A stretch of 64,000 nucleotides of DNA. It comes from Candidatus Bathyarchaeia archaeon (GTDB taxonomy: Archaea > Thermoproteota > Bathyarchaeia > Bathyarchaeales > Bathycorpusculaceae). A program made the translations under genes and the position numbers. This document shows positions 27,687 through 38,321 of this stretch, in pieces. Location of the stretch: contig JAVZLK010000001.1 in the NCBI GenBank assembly GCA_038883795.1, positions 1 through 64,000 on the forward strand. The letters run 5' to 3'. The first letter of the stretch is position 1, and every line of letters begins with the position of its first letter. The notes beneath the pieces were generated by a model. It was not told the DNA's origin and ran no database searches. It worked only from the letters and a program-made list of their open reading frames with translations.

Positions 27687-29192
27687 ATGAAAACAAAAAT
27701 AGAAAACTTGCATGCATTTTTCTCTCCAAAATCCGTCGCCATCGTAGGGGCAACCAAAAAGATAAATAAGGCTGGGCATGTGATTTTCAAAAATTTTGTC
27801 GAAAACAAAAGAAGAGGAGTTTTCAAAGGGGAAGTTTTTCCAGTAAACCCCTACGAGGATTCCATTTTAGGGTTTCAATGTTACCCTTCAGTAACCAAAA
27901 TTCCCGTAGAGTTGGATTTGGTTGTTGTGGTTGTTCCAGCAGAAATTGTGCCAAAAATAATGGAGGATGCTGCCGCTAAAAAGGTGAAGGCAGTTGTCAT
28001 AATCAGTTCTGGTTTCAGCGAAATCGGAAAACATGAACTTGAAAATGAAGTTTTAACCATAGCCAAAAAAGCTGGAATACGCATTTTAGGACCAAATTGC
28101 CTTGGAGTTTATGATTCAAAAACAGGCGTTGACATGCTTTTCTTGCCAGAAACAAAAATTTTAACGACAGGAGAGGAAGTTATTGCAACGCCACGTCCCA
28201 TGCCTGGAAACATAGCGATGGTAACGCAAAGCGGCGCCTTCGGCGTGGCAGCCCTCGATTATTTGGCTGGGCGGCAAATTGGAGTTAGCAAATTCGTGAG
28301 TTTTGGAAACAAATGTGATGTGGACGAGGCAGAAATGCTACGCTATCTTTTGCATGATGAAGAAACCAGAGTCATAATGCTATACATTGAAGACATAAAG
28401 TCGGGGAGAGAGTTCATAAAAATAGCCAAAGAAGTTGCAAAGAAAAAACCCATAGTAGCCCTAAAAGCTGGCAGAACAGAAGCAGGAGCAAGAGCCGCCG
28501 CTTCGCACACTGGAGCCTTGGCTGGCTCGGACCAAATATACGATGCCGTTTTTGCCCAGACCGGCGTTATAAGGGCAAAGGATATGGAAGAATTTTTTGA
28601 CGCTGGAAAAGCTTTGGCTATGCAGTTGCCTGCTTCTGGAAAAAATGTCGGAATAGTTACGGATGCGGGTGGTCCAGGCATAATGGCTGTTGACGAATGC
28701 GAATTGAGAGGTTTAACTGTTAAACGCTTTTCAGAAGCCACCATCCAAAAGTTTGAAAAATTGAAAGAGGAAGGGCGGCTTCCCAAATTTGCAACAAATC
28801 TTAATCCCGTTGACATAACTGGTTCTGGAACATCTGAAATGTTTGAAACCGCAGTGGAGATTCTCTTTCAAGACCCGGAGATTAATGGCATAATATTGCT
28901 TGGTTTACACCACACCCCAGCCCTACAAGAAGACTATATCGACAGAGTAGCAAGAGTAGCAAGCAAATATGACAAGCCAATAGTGGCATGCGACATTGGA
29001 GAAACTGAAATGGCTTTACACACCCGCTTCAGATTTGACAAACTTGGCATACCAGCATACTCATCACCAGAAGACTCTGCCAGAGCCATGAACGCCCTTG
29101 TAAAATACGGCGAATACCTAAAAAAGAAAAACTGCCTAAAAGAGTATATCCAAAACTTTCTCAAAGAAAAACGAAAAGTAAAACCTAGCTAA
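27687..29192 (+). CDS. acdA: ADP-forming acetate/acyl-CoA ligase, alpha subunit
   Basis: PKSVAIVGA, GPNCLG, QSGA, SHTGALAG (phospho-His), NPVDITG. Confidence 0.92.
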   Translation: MKTKIENLHAFFSPKSVAIVGATKKINKAGHVIFKNFVENKRRGVFKGEVFPVNPYEDSILGFQCYPSVTKIPVELDLVVVVVPAEIVPKIMEDAAAKKVKAVVIISSGFSEIGKHELENEVLTIAKKAGIRILGPNCLGVYDSKTGVDMLFLPETKILTTGEEVIATPRPMPGNIAMVTQSGAFGVAALDYLAGRQIGVSKFVSFGNKCDVDEAEMLRYLLHDEETRVIMLYIEDIKSGREFIKIAKEVAKKKPIVALKAGRTEAGARAAASHTGALAGSDQIYDAVFAQTGVIRAKDMEEFFDAGKALAMQLPASGKNVGIVTDAGGPGIMAVDECELRGLTVKRFSEATIQKFEKLKEEGRLPKFATNLNPVDITGSGTSEMFETAVEILFQDPEINGIILLGLHHTPALQEDYIDRVARVASKYDKPIVACDIGETEMALHTRFRFDKLGIPAYSSPEDSARAMNALVKYGEYLKKKNCLKEYIQNFLKEKRKVKPS

Positions 29193-29598
29193 GCAAAATT
29201 TTTACTTTGACCTTGTCACCGTCTTTTAGCTGAAACTTCTCCCTTAAACTTATTGGAGCGACGATTTCGATGACTTCCTCTGGATATCCATTAACTTCTG
29301 GAATGACAACTACACATTCCATTTTGTCCATAAAAACCGCTTTGAAAAGTTTTCCTTGGCAGAACCCTTCTGGTGGCAGTATTTTTATGGCTTTTACTTT
29401 GCTCATGATTTGCCTTTTAAGGGCTAAACCGTTTTTGTTCAGTCTTAGGTTTAAGGTTCCATTGTAAGGGGTGAAGCCCAATTTTTCAGTTATTTGCCTT
29501 TTCACCCATGGAAGACTAACGAATTTTGCTGCTTCTCCGCTTCCCGAAAAAATTTTGCCTTCAAACTGTATTGAGGCTATTTTTGTTCTTTTAGCCAA
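29185..29598 (-). CDS. ribK: CTP-dependent riboflavin kinase
   Basis: G.IFSGSGEA, LGFTPY.GTLNL, EIVAP..LREKF.LKDGD. Confidence 0.9.
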   Translation of the reverse strand: MAKRTKIASIQFEGKIFSGSGEAAKFVSLPWVKRQITEKLGFTPYNGTLNLRLNKNGLALKRQIMSKVKAIKILPPEGFCQGKLFKAVFMDKMECVVVIPEVNGYPEEVIEIVAPISLREKFQLKDGDKVKVKILLS

Positions 29599-29945
29599 CT
29601 TGCAACCTTTCTGAACATAGGGTTAGAAGACATGTCAATAACTGGGACAATAATTTTCTCCTTAGTTTCAATTGTCGATTGGTATTTTGGCATAAGCGCA
29701 TAACCGACAAAAGTCCAGTAAACCCTACCGTTCTCAATTAATTCTTTTGCAGCAATTTCCGTGGATGCGGGAAGGGGGAAATATAGGAATACGACTCCTT
29801 CAGCCCAATATAATCCTGCGGGTTTTCCCCCAGCAACTATAGAGGTGAACCTTGCTATCTCGTCTGGCGTAGAGAAAAAATTGCGTTCCATAACCACAAT
29901 TTCCTTGAAAGGCTCATATTTCACGTCCACTTCACTTTTACCCAT
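29577..29945 (-). CDS. conserved hypothetical protein
   Basis: ATG 29945 with GGAG SD; LYWAEGVVFL; overlaps ribK. Confidence 0.7.
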   Translation of the reverse strand: MGKSEVDVKYEPFKEIVVMERNFFSTPDEIARFTSIVAGGKPAGLYWAEGVVFLYFPLPASTEIAAKELIENGRVYWTFVGYALMPKYQSTIETKEKIIVPVIDMSSNPMFRKVASWLKEQK

Positions 29946-30070
29946 AAATATACGCTCCAAAAACGTGTATAATTTAAGGTTCCCTTTTAATTTTGCTATG
30001 ATTCCAGAAAAAGTTATAGAGCAGACAGCTTCTAAAGCCTTAACAAAGCCTATAAAGGAGAAAACCAAAA

Positions 30071-31150
30071 TTGGCTGAAATTCGTGTAGCAATAGCTGGC
30101 GTGGGCAATAGTGCATCTGCCCTAATTCAAGGAATAGAATATTATAAAGACGCTGAAGAAAAAGAAAATGTGCCTGGGCTGATGCATGTAAACTTCGGCG
30201 GATACCATATAAGGGATATAAAATTTGTCGCCGCTTTTGACGTTAACAAAAATAAGATCGGCAAAGATTTGTCTGAAGCCATATTTGTTGAGCCAAATTG
30301 TGTCGAAAAATTTGCCGATGTGCCACGCTTGGGTGTGGAAGTTTCGCCCGCTCCAATCCTTGACGGCGTAGCAGAACACATGAAAAAACCCTTTAACGTT
30401 TACAATGGTGGTGAAATTAAAACTACGGATATAGCAGAAACTTTGAGAAAAGTTGATGCGGACATACTTATCAACTATTTACCTGTTGGAAGCCGAAACG
30501 CCACACGATTTTATGCTCAAGCAGCTTTGGATGCTGAATGCGCCTTCATAAACTGCATACCAGAATTTATAGCATCAGATCCCTCATGGAGTAAAAAATT
30601 TGAAGAGAAAGGGTTGCCAGTGGCTGGAGACGACGTAAAAAGCCAGTTGGGCGCAACAATTCTCCATCGAAACTTGGTTAAGCTATGCGTTGACAGAGGA
30701 GTAATTGTCGACGAAACTTATCAGTTAAACCTCGGCGGGGATACGGACTTTTTGAATATGACTGTTGAAGAGCGCTTAAAGACTAAGCGCATAAGCAAGA
30801 CAGAAGCCGTCAAAAGCCTCGTCCCATACGATTTGCCAACAAGAATCGGACCATCAGATTATGTGCATTTTCTTGGAAACAAAAAGATTTGTTACATTTG
30901 GCTCAAGGGCAGAAAGTTTGGCGACAGACCATTAACCATAAGCGTCAAACTTGAAGTTGAGGATTCACCGAACAGCGCCGGAGTGGTGATTGACGTTATA
31001 AGAGCTGTGAAAATCGCCTTGGACCGAAAGATAGCTGGACCCCTCATAAGCATATCTTCTTACGCATTTAAGCATCCACCAATACAAGTGCCAGACTTTA
31101 CTGCGAAAGAGTGGGTGGAAGAATACATACAAGGAAAAAGAAAAACATAA
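30071..31150 (+). CDS. ino1: myo-inositol-1-phosphate synthase
   Basis: IAGVGN, NYLPVGS, GDDVKSQLGAT, DSPNSAG. Confidence 0.95.
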   Translation: MAEIRVAIAGVGNSASALIQGIEYYKDAEEKENVPGLMHVNFGGYHIRDIKFVAAFDVNKNKIGKDLSEAIFVEPNCVEKFADVPRLGVEVSPAPILDGVAEHMKKPFNVYNGGEIKTTDIAETLRKVDADILINYLPVGSRNATRFYAQAALDAECAFINCIPEFIASDPSWSKKFEEKGLPVAGDDVKSQLGATILHRNLVKLCVDRGVIVDETYQLNLGGDTDFLNMTVEERLKTKRISKTEAVKSLVPYDLPTRIGPSDYVHFLGNKKICYIWLKGRKFGDRPLTISVKLEVEDSPNSAGVVIDVIRAVKIALDRKIAGPLISISSYAFKHPPIQVPDFTAKEWVEEYIQGKRKT

Positions 31151-31156
31151 ACTGAA

Positions 31157-31693
31157 TTATTTATTGTTTGCTGGGTTCGTTTTTTGTTCAGCTACGACTT
31201 GTTCCTTATAGATTGTTTTGATTTTTTCGAATTCAACGTCTTCGCGACGTCTCTTCCTTAAACCTATGTCAAGTAATAGCATGAAAACGTATGGAGTAGA
31301 AAGATAAAGCGTAGCAAAAATAGGATTCTGAAATAGAAAGCAAAGGCCAAGCAACTGACTTATTGGTTCTATTTCATAAACTTTCAGTAAATCTTGTATT
31401 ATGAAAGCCAGAAACGTCAATGTTAAGCAAACTGCAAACTGAATTAGTACACTTCTCTGTTTTCCCAACAGAACCGATGGAATAGCAGAGGAAAGCAGAA
31501 AAATCCATGCAAAAGCATGAACAAAAACCAACATGTCTATTCGGTAACTCATCCACCACCCTATTTCAGGCAAAACCATAGTAACATAGGATACAACGGT
31601 GGAAACCGCTGTTTGAGTGAAAAGCTGATAACTAACAAGTAATGTCCACGCCACTGAAATGTATAATGGCGTTATTAGGGCTGTTTTCCCCAT
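31157..31693 (-). CDS. four-TM membrane protein
   Basis: Four hydrophobic segments; SD AGGTG. Confidence 0.72.
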   Translation of the reverse strand: MGKTALITPLYISVAWTLLVSYQLFTQTAVSTVVSYVTMVLPEIGWWMSYRIDMLVFVHAFAWIFLLSSAIPSVLLGKQRSVLIQFAVCLTLTFLAFIIQDLLKVYEIEPISQLLGLCFLFQNPIFATLYLSTPYVFMLLLDIGLRKRRREDVEFEKIKTIYKEQVVAEQKTNPANNK

Positions 31694-31939
31694 AACATTT
31701 ACACCTAACGCCTCATGTATAATCAGATTTTCACCTTAAGATTTATGGTTCAAAGATTAATCTTCAACATCTTTAATTGATAAGAAGAGAGCATTTTATT
31801 GCTTATTTAAGTTAAACTTGACGCAAAAATCAGCTTGTAATATAATTTTCTTCGTTTATTATGATAAGTGAACATTGTTTTAACAGTTAATTTTAAACGT
31901 TTAAACGTAAAAGAATTAGCACCAATTAGAGGTGGAAAT

Positions 31940-32350
31940 ATGGTGAAAGTAGACGGATATGAAGTGCCAGAAGGATTGTATTACACAAAAGATTTTGAAT
32001 GGCTAAAAATTGAGGGAGACAAAGTTCGCGTAGGCATAACAGACTACGCCCAAAAACAACTAAGAGAAATCGTTTATGCGGAACTGCCAAGCCCCGGAAC
32101 AATGACAAAACAAAACGAGCCCTATGGAACAGTGGAATCAGTAAAAGCCGTTTCAGACTTGGTCGCGCCAATAAGCGGAGAAATATTAGAGGTAAACACG
32201 GAAGTCCAATCAAAACCTGAATTATTAAACGAGGACCCCTATGGGAAAGGTTGGCTGCTAATAATAAAACCATCAAACCTTCAGGGAGAACTCCCTAATC
32301 TAATGAACTTTAATCAAGCTGTGGAGTGGCATAAGACGCTGATAAAGTAG
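31940..32350 (+). CDS. gcvH: glycine cleavage H (lipoyl carrier) protein
   Basis: VGITDYAQ, VESVK*AVSDL lipoyl-Lys, NEDPYGKGW. Confidence 0.95.
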   Translation: MVKVDGYEVPEGLYYTKDFEWLKIEGDKVRVGITDYAQKQLREIVYAELPSPGTMTKQNEPYGTVESVKAVSDLVAPISGEILEVNTEVQSKPELLNEDPYGKGWLLIIKPSNLQGELPNLMNFNQAVEWHKTLIK

Positions 32351-32362
32351 AGATGGAAACTT

Positions 32363-33709
32363 ATGCCCAGACGCATAGTCATAATAGGGGCTCACGCCGC
32401 TGGAGTAGATGCAGCATCTGCAGCGAGAAAAACAGACCGTACAGCAGAAATAACCCTAATAACAGATGAGAAACATGCTGGTTATTCCCGCTGCGGCTTA
32501 CCTTTCGTCATAGGCGGACACATACCAAGCTTTAATGACCTAATAGTTTTCCCGCCAAGCTACTTCCAAATGATGAAACTCAACCTAAAAACAGAAACAA
32601 AAGTGACAAAGATAGACGCAACCAAAAAAGTTGTTCTGACAACGGATAAAACTGGAAAAACAGAAGAAATTCCTTACGACAGCCTAATAATAGCCGCTGG
32701 CGCCAGCGCCTTCACACCACCAATAAAGGGAAGAGAAAAACCCGGAATTATCCCTCTAAGAACAATAGAGGACGGACAAAAAATAGTTCAAGCAGTCAAA
32801 GAAGGCGCAAAGTCAGCCGTTGTCATGGGCGCAGGACTCATTGGCTTAGAAACTGCTGTTGCCCTGCAGGAGAAAGGGCTGGAAGTAACAGTGGTGGAAA
32901 TGCTGCCCCAAATTTTGCCAGCAATGCTCGACGCAGACATAGCAAAAATGGTTCAAGAAATGCTAGAACAAAAGGGAATAAAGATTCTCACAAACAAGCC
33001 AGTTGAAGAATTTCTCGGCGCAGAAAAGGTTACAGGCATAATAGCAGGAGGAGAGCAGATAAACGCGGATCTTTTCGTCAGCGCCTTCGGCGTTAGGGCA
33101 AACACGCAGCTTGCCGTGGATGCCGGAATAGCCACGGGAGAAACAAGGGCCATCAAAACAAATGCTAGAATGGAAACAAACGTAAAGGATGTTTATGCTG
33201 TTGGCGACTGTGCAGAATCCACCCACATAGTCACACAAAAACCAGCCCTTCAACAACTGGGAACAGTGGCTGTAAGACAAGGAAAAGTTGCTGGAATAAA
33301 TGCCGCTGGAGGCTATGCACTTTTCACAGGTGTTTTAGGCTCTGCTGTGACGCAGCTATATGATACGCAAGTGGGCGTAACGGGTTTGACAGAGGCAGCA
33401 GCCCAAAGGGCACGAATAGAAACCGTTACTGGAACTATATCCTCAAAGACTAAAGCCGATTATTATCCGGGTGCCTTGCCAATAAAAGTGAAATTGGTTG
33501 TTGAAAAAGAATCGCAAAGAATTATTGGCGCTCAAATCATAGGCGGCGAAGAAGTAACCCAACGCATAAACGCCATATCTTTAGCTATACAAAAACAGAT
33601 GACGGTGCGCGAACTTGCTAAGGCGGACACTGCTTATGCGCCGCCGCTCTGCGAAACTTGGGAGCCATTGGTTCTGGCTGCAGAAATGGTTCTGATGAAG
33701 CTACGCTAA
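32363..33709 (+). CDS. CoA-disulfide reductase/NADH oxidase family flavoprotein
   Basis: YSRCGLP redox Cys, GAGLIGLE, VYAVGD, YAPP. Confidence 0.9.
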   Translation: MPRRIVIIGAHAAGVDAASAARKTDRTAEITLITDEKHAGYSRCGLPFVIGGHIPSFNDLIVFPPSYFQMMKLNLKTETKVTKIDATKKVVLTTDKTGKTEEIPYDSLIIAAGASAFTPPIKGREKPGIIPLRTIEDGQKIVQAVKEGAKSAVVMGAGLIGLETAVALQEKGLEVTVVEMLPQILPAMLDADIAKMVQEMLEQKGIKILTNKPVEEFLGAEKVTGIIAGGEQINADLFVSAFGVRANTQLAVDAGIATGETRAIKTNARMETNVKDVYAVGDCAESTHIVTQKPALQQLGTVAVRQGKVAGINAAGGYALFTGVLGSAVTQLYDTQVGVTGLTEAAAQRARIETVTGTISSKTKADYYPGALPIKVKLVVEKESQRIIGAQIIGGEEVTQRINAISLAIQKQMTVRELAKADTAYAPPLCETWEPLVLAAEMVLMKLR

Positions 33710-33805
33710 GCCTAATTCATATTTCCTCCAAAAAGGCGGTCGGAAAATTAATTAGGGGAAAACTTCGATTAGATAATTCAAAATCGGAGAGTAGGTGAAA
33801 AGTAA

Positions 33806-34819
<1,014 letters not shown>

Positions 34820-34860
34820 CCTTAAAACTCCCTCATTTTTCTTTTCAATGAGGTGAAAAA

Positions 34861-36090
34861 ATGGTAAAGTTTCTAACGTTGGATGACGTGGAAGTGAAAG
34901 GTAGAGTCGTGCTTGTACGGGTGGATTTTAACTCCGCAGTAGATCCGGAAACCAAGAAAATCTTGGAAGATGTGAGAATTCGAGCTCACGGCGAGACAAC
35001 CATAAAAGAGTTGGCAGATAAGGGCGCAAAAGTTGTGGTTTTAGCGCATCAAGGAAGAAAGGGCGACCCAGATTTTATACCATTAAAACAGCACGCAGAA
35101 ATCCTCAGTAAAATTTTGGGAAAACCAGTCAAATACGTAGATGATGTTTTCGGAGAAAAAGCCAAAAACGAAATAAAAAATTTGAAGAACGGCGAAATCC
35201 TCGTTTTAGAAAATGTTAGAACATATGCAAATGAAACAAAAGAGGGAACTCCCGAAGAACATGCAACAACGGATTTTGTTAAAAATTTGGCTCCACTAGC
35301 TCAATTGTTTGTGAATGATGCTTTTGCAGCAGCTCACAGGGCCCACGTTTCAATAATAGGTTTTACGGCTGTTTTGCCAAGCGTAGCAGGACGCATAATG
35401 GAAAGGGAGCTAAAATCCCTAAGCAAAGTCTTAGAAAATCCAGAAAAACCATGCGTATTCATTCTTGGAGGAGCAAAGGCAGACGATTCGCTGGAAATAT
35501 CAAGATACGTATTAAACAACAAAATAGTAGATTACGTCTTAACAGGCGGCGTTGTCGGACATGTCTTCCTCGCAGCAAAGGGCATAAATCTTGGCAAACC
35601 AAACATGGAGTTTTTGGAAAAGAAAGCGCTCATGGGCTTGGTGCCAGGCATAAAAGAGCTTATGCAAAAATATCCAGATAAAATTAAAACTCCGAAGGAT
35701 TTGGCTGTAGAAGTTGATGGAAAAAGAAAAGAAGTTTCCATTAATGAATTACCAGTGAACTATCAAATCTTTGACATTGGAGCGAAAACTGTTGAGGATT
35801 ACGCCACCACGATAAAGGCGGCAAAATCCATTGTTGTCAGCGGACCTATGGGAGTTTTCGAAAACAGTGAATTCATTTATGGAACGAAGAGGGTTTTTGA
35901 AGAAATAGCCAAATCAAAAGCTTTCTCGCTTGCTGGAGGCGGCCACACAATCTCAGCCCTAGAAAAGCTTGGGTTATCAAACAAAATTTCCTATGTTAGC
36001 ACAGCAGGCGGAGCACTAATAGAGTTTTTGATGGGTAAAAAGTTGCCTGGCGTTGTAGCCTTAGAAAAGGCGGCAGCTAGAAAAACCTAA
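34861..36090 (+). CDS. pgk: phosphoglycerate kinase
   Basis: RVDFN, LENVR, VNDAF..AHR, GGAK, STAGGA. Confidence 0.96.
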   Translation: MVKFLTLDDVEVKGRVVLVRVDFNSAVDPETKKILEDVRIRAHGETTIKELADKGAKVVVLAHQGRKGDPDFIPLKQHAEILSKILGKPVKYVDDVFGEKAKNEIKNLKNGEILVLENVRTYANETKEGTPEEHATTDFVKNLAPLAQLFVNDAFAAAHRAHVSIIGFTAVLPSVAGRIMERELKSLSKVLENPEKPCVFILGGAKADDSLEISRYVLNNKIVDYVLTGGVVGHVFLAAKGINLGKPNMEFLEKKALMGLVPGIKELMQKYPDKIKTPKDLAVEVDGKRKEVSINELPVNYQIFDIGAKTVEDYATTIKAAKSIVVSGPMGVFENSEFIYGTKRVFEEIAKSKAFSLAGGGHTISALEKLGLSNKISYVSTAGGALIEFLMGKKLPGVVALEKAAARKT

Positions 36091-36103
36091 ACTTTCCCCC
36101 TTT

Positions 36104-37402
36104 TTATGTCTTTGTCAATTTCTCCATCAAATCTACGACTTTTGGCTCTCCTTCCTCTTGCGGGTGCTGGAGCGAATGGTATATTTGTAGAGTTTGCTCT
36201 GCAACCTTTTTCCATGTAAAGTACTGCAGCACTCGCTTTCTGCCATTTTCTCCCCACCTTTTAGCCCTTTCAGAATCACATAAGACTTCTTTTATGCCCC
36301 ATGCAATGTCAGCCGCGTTTCCGCCGTTTACGTGAACACCGTTTTGGTCTGGTCCACAAGAGATGACTTGTTCCCTGAAGCCGACAACGCCTTGGGCTCC
36401 TACGACTAATGGTTTAGCCATAGCCATGGCTTCTAAGCTTACTATTCCGAAGGGCTCGTATGTGGATGGGAAGATACAGACGTCAGCCGCTGCATAGTGT
36501 AAGATGCGTTCTTTTTCTGGCACGAAGTCGAATCTGTAGGCAACTTTGTTGCTTATTCCAAGCCTGTTTGCAGTTTCAATTATGTCGTTTTGCTGTTCGC
36601 CCTTTCCTAAGACCACAAGTTTGGCTTTTGGATATTCCTCCAGAACCATGGGCATTGCTTGAATTAGGTTTCCAACCCCCTTAACCCAAGTTAGCCTTCC
36701 AAGGAACAGTAACATTTTTTCGTCGGGTTTAATGCCATACCTGTTCCGAATAGCTTCCACTTCTTCGGGTTTGCAGTTTTTCGGATTATAACGGACTGGG
36801 TCAACCCCGTTCCAGACAACGCTTATTTTTGATTTTGGCCAGCCATGCCTCACTAAGTCTTCTTGCATGGCATGGCTTACAGTTATTATTTTGTCAGCCC
36901 TTTGAGCTGTTGCCCATTCAAGATAGGAAACGACTTCGGAGCCTGTTCCTCCGCTTCTGCCCCATTCTGTGCTGTGGACGTGAAAAACCATGGGAACCTT
37001 TGTCTCATTTTTTATTATGATACCAGCTATGCTGCTGAGCCAGTCATGTACGCAGACTACGTCGTAGTTGCATCCTTCCTTTTTGAGCATGCTGTTTATG
37101 AATTTTGTTGCACTCAATATGTTGTAAATGAAAATGTCGTTGAAGAGGCGAATGTTTGTACCCCACTTTTTCAAGTCATCAATGACGAACATGGGGAAAA
37201 CGTTGCTTGCATTCGCAATTAGGGGTCTGTGAACTTCAACACCCTTAATTATTTCTCTGGTTTTCAAGTTTCCGGGGTTAAGCGTAAAAACAGTTACATC
37301 ATTTCCCATAGAAACAAATTCTCGAGTTATATATTCTGCGTAGGTACCCAAACCACCAACAAGCGCTGGTGGGTATTCCCAGACAAAGAAGCCAATTCTC
37401 AA
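36104..37402 (-). CDS. GT4 glycosyltransferase (glycogen-synthase-like)
   Basis: WEYPP..VGGLG, HDW, HSTE.GR, EPFGIVSLEA. Confidence 0.9.
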   Translation of the reverse strand: MRIGFFVWEYPPALVGGLGTYAEYITREFVSMGNDVTVFTLNPGNLKTREIIKGVEVHRPLIANASNVFPMFVIDDLKKWGTNIRLFNDIFIYNILSATKFINSMLKKEGCNYDVVCVHDWLSSIAGIIIKNETKVPMVFHVHSTEWGRSGGTGSEVVSYLEWATAQRADKIITVSHAMQEDLVRHGWPKSKISVVWNGVDPVRYNPKNCKPEEVEAIRNRYGIKPDEKMLLFLGRLTWVKGVGNLIQAMPMVLEEYPKAKLVVLGKGEQQNDIIETANRLGISNKVAYRFDFVPEKERILHYAAADVCIFPSTYEPFGIVSLEAMAMAKPLVVGAQGVVGFREQVISCGPDQNGVHVNGGNAADIAWGIKEVLCDSERAKRWGENGRKRVLQYFTWKKVAEQTLQIYHSLQHPQEEGEPKVVDLMEKLTKT

Positions 37403-37469
37403 AAAATCACCAGTAAAATTTTGTGCCAGAATTCTTATGGAGCAGATAAAATTTTGGGATGTAGCAGTT

Positions 37470-38171
37470 TTAGAATAGTTTTAGCTTCCTCTTTGGCTCT
37501 TCTTTGGGTGGCATAGGAGACTCTTCTTTTAGTTTTTCCGCTGGTGGTGGAGGCGGTGGAAGCTCCTCCTTCGGTGGCTCTAATGGGGATTTTGGCGGTT
37601 CTGGCTCTTCTTTCTTTTCGCTCGGTTCAGGTTCATGTTCCTTTTTCTTCAAAGGTTTTACTTCACGCTTTTTTTCAGTAGACTTTTCTTCCTTTGGTTT
37701 TTCAATGGGCTTCCATGTAAAAATGGGTTGGAGGCGGAGGCCCTTATGGTCTCCGAGTTTTAGGTATTCCCATTCGTATAAGTCGATGCGTATTCCTTTC
37801 ATGCCCTCAACTGCACGGCGCACGGCATCAGAAAAGCTTGGCGCAATCAAAATCAGTCTTGGTTTTTCTTTGTCATCAATCTTGTGTTTGTTGTATGTGG
37901 CTTTAAGAAATGACTTGAACTTGTCAACATAGTCTACGCTTTGTATTCCATGCAAAAGCATAATGTCATCTTCCTTCACGTCCAACTGAAGAATAACAAG
38001 TTGTCCATTGCTGTCATGACACAAAATGTCTAAGGATGCCTTCTCGTTTATTGGCACATTGCTGCAAATCATCGTCAAACCCTTTTCTATTTGGTTTATC
38101 TCATTCGTTATCATTTGCTCTAGTTCGTGACGACTTTCTACACTAATTTTTTCTATGGACACACGGTTCAC
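37470..38171 (-). CDS. NucS/EndoMS-like domain protein with Pro/Glu/Lys-rich tail
   Basis: HELEQMI, LDILCHD..GQLVILQL, RLILIAPSFS; catalytic ExK replaced by QLD. Confidence 0.6.
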   Translation of the reverse strand: MNRVSIEKISVESRHELEQMITNEINQIEKGLTMICSNVPINEKASLDILCHDSNGQLVILQLDVKEDDIMLLHGIQSVDYVDKFKSFLKATYNKHKIDDKEKPRLILIAPSFSDAVRRAVEGMKGIRIDLYEWEYLKLGDHKGLRLQPIFTWKPIEKPKEEKSTEKKREVKPLKKKEHEPEPSEKKEEPEPPKSPLEPPKEELPPPPPPAEKLKEESPMPPKEEPKRKLKLF

Positions 38172-38321
38172 CTTTGCTTTTAAAGAGCTAATGAAACGGA
38201 TAAATAGATTATGAATTCCAAATTCGAATCTGACCTAAACTTTCCACAACAGCGCTTATCGCATAGCAAATTAGAAATAAACACCAAAAGATAATAGAAG
38301 AAAACAGAGGCGCCAAAACAT

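Noticed and set aside
37504-37932. Gly/Ser/Phe-rich plus-strand ORF
   Set aside because: Mirror of the Pro/Glu/Lys tail encoded on the minus strand
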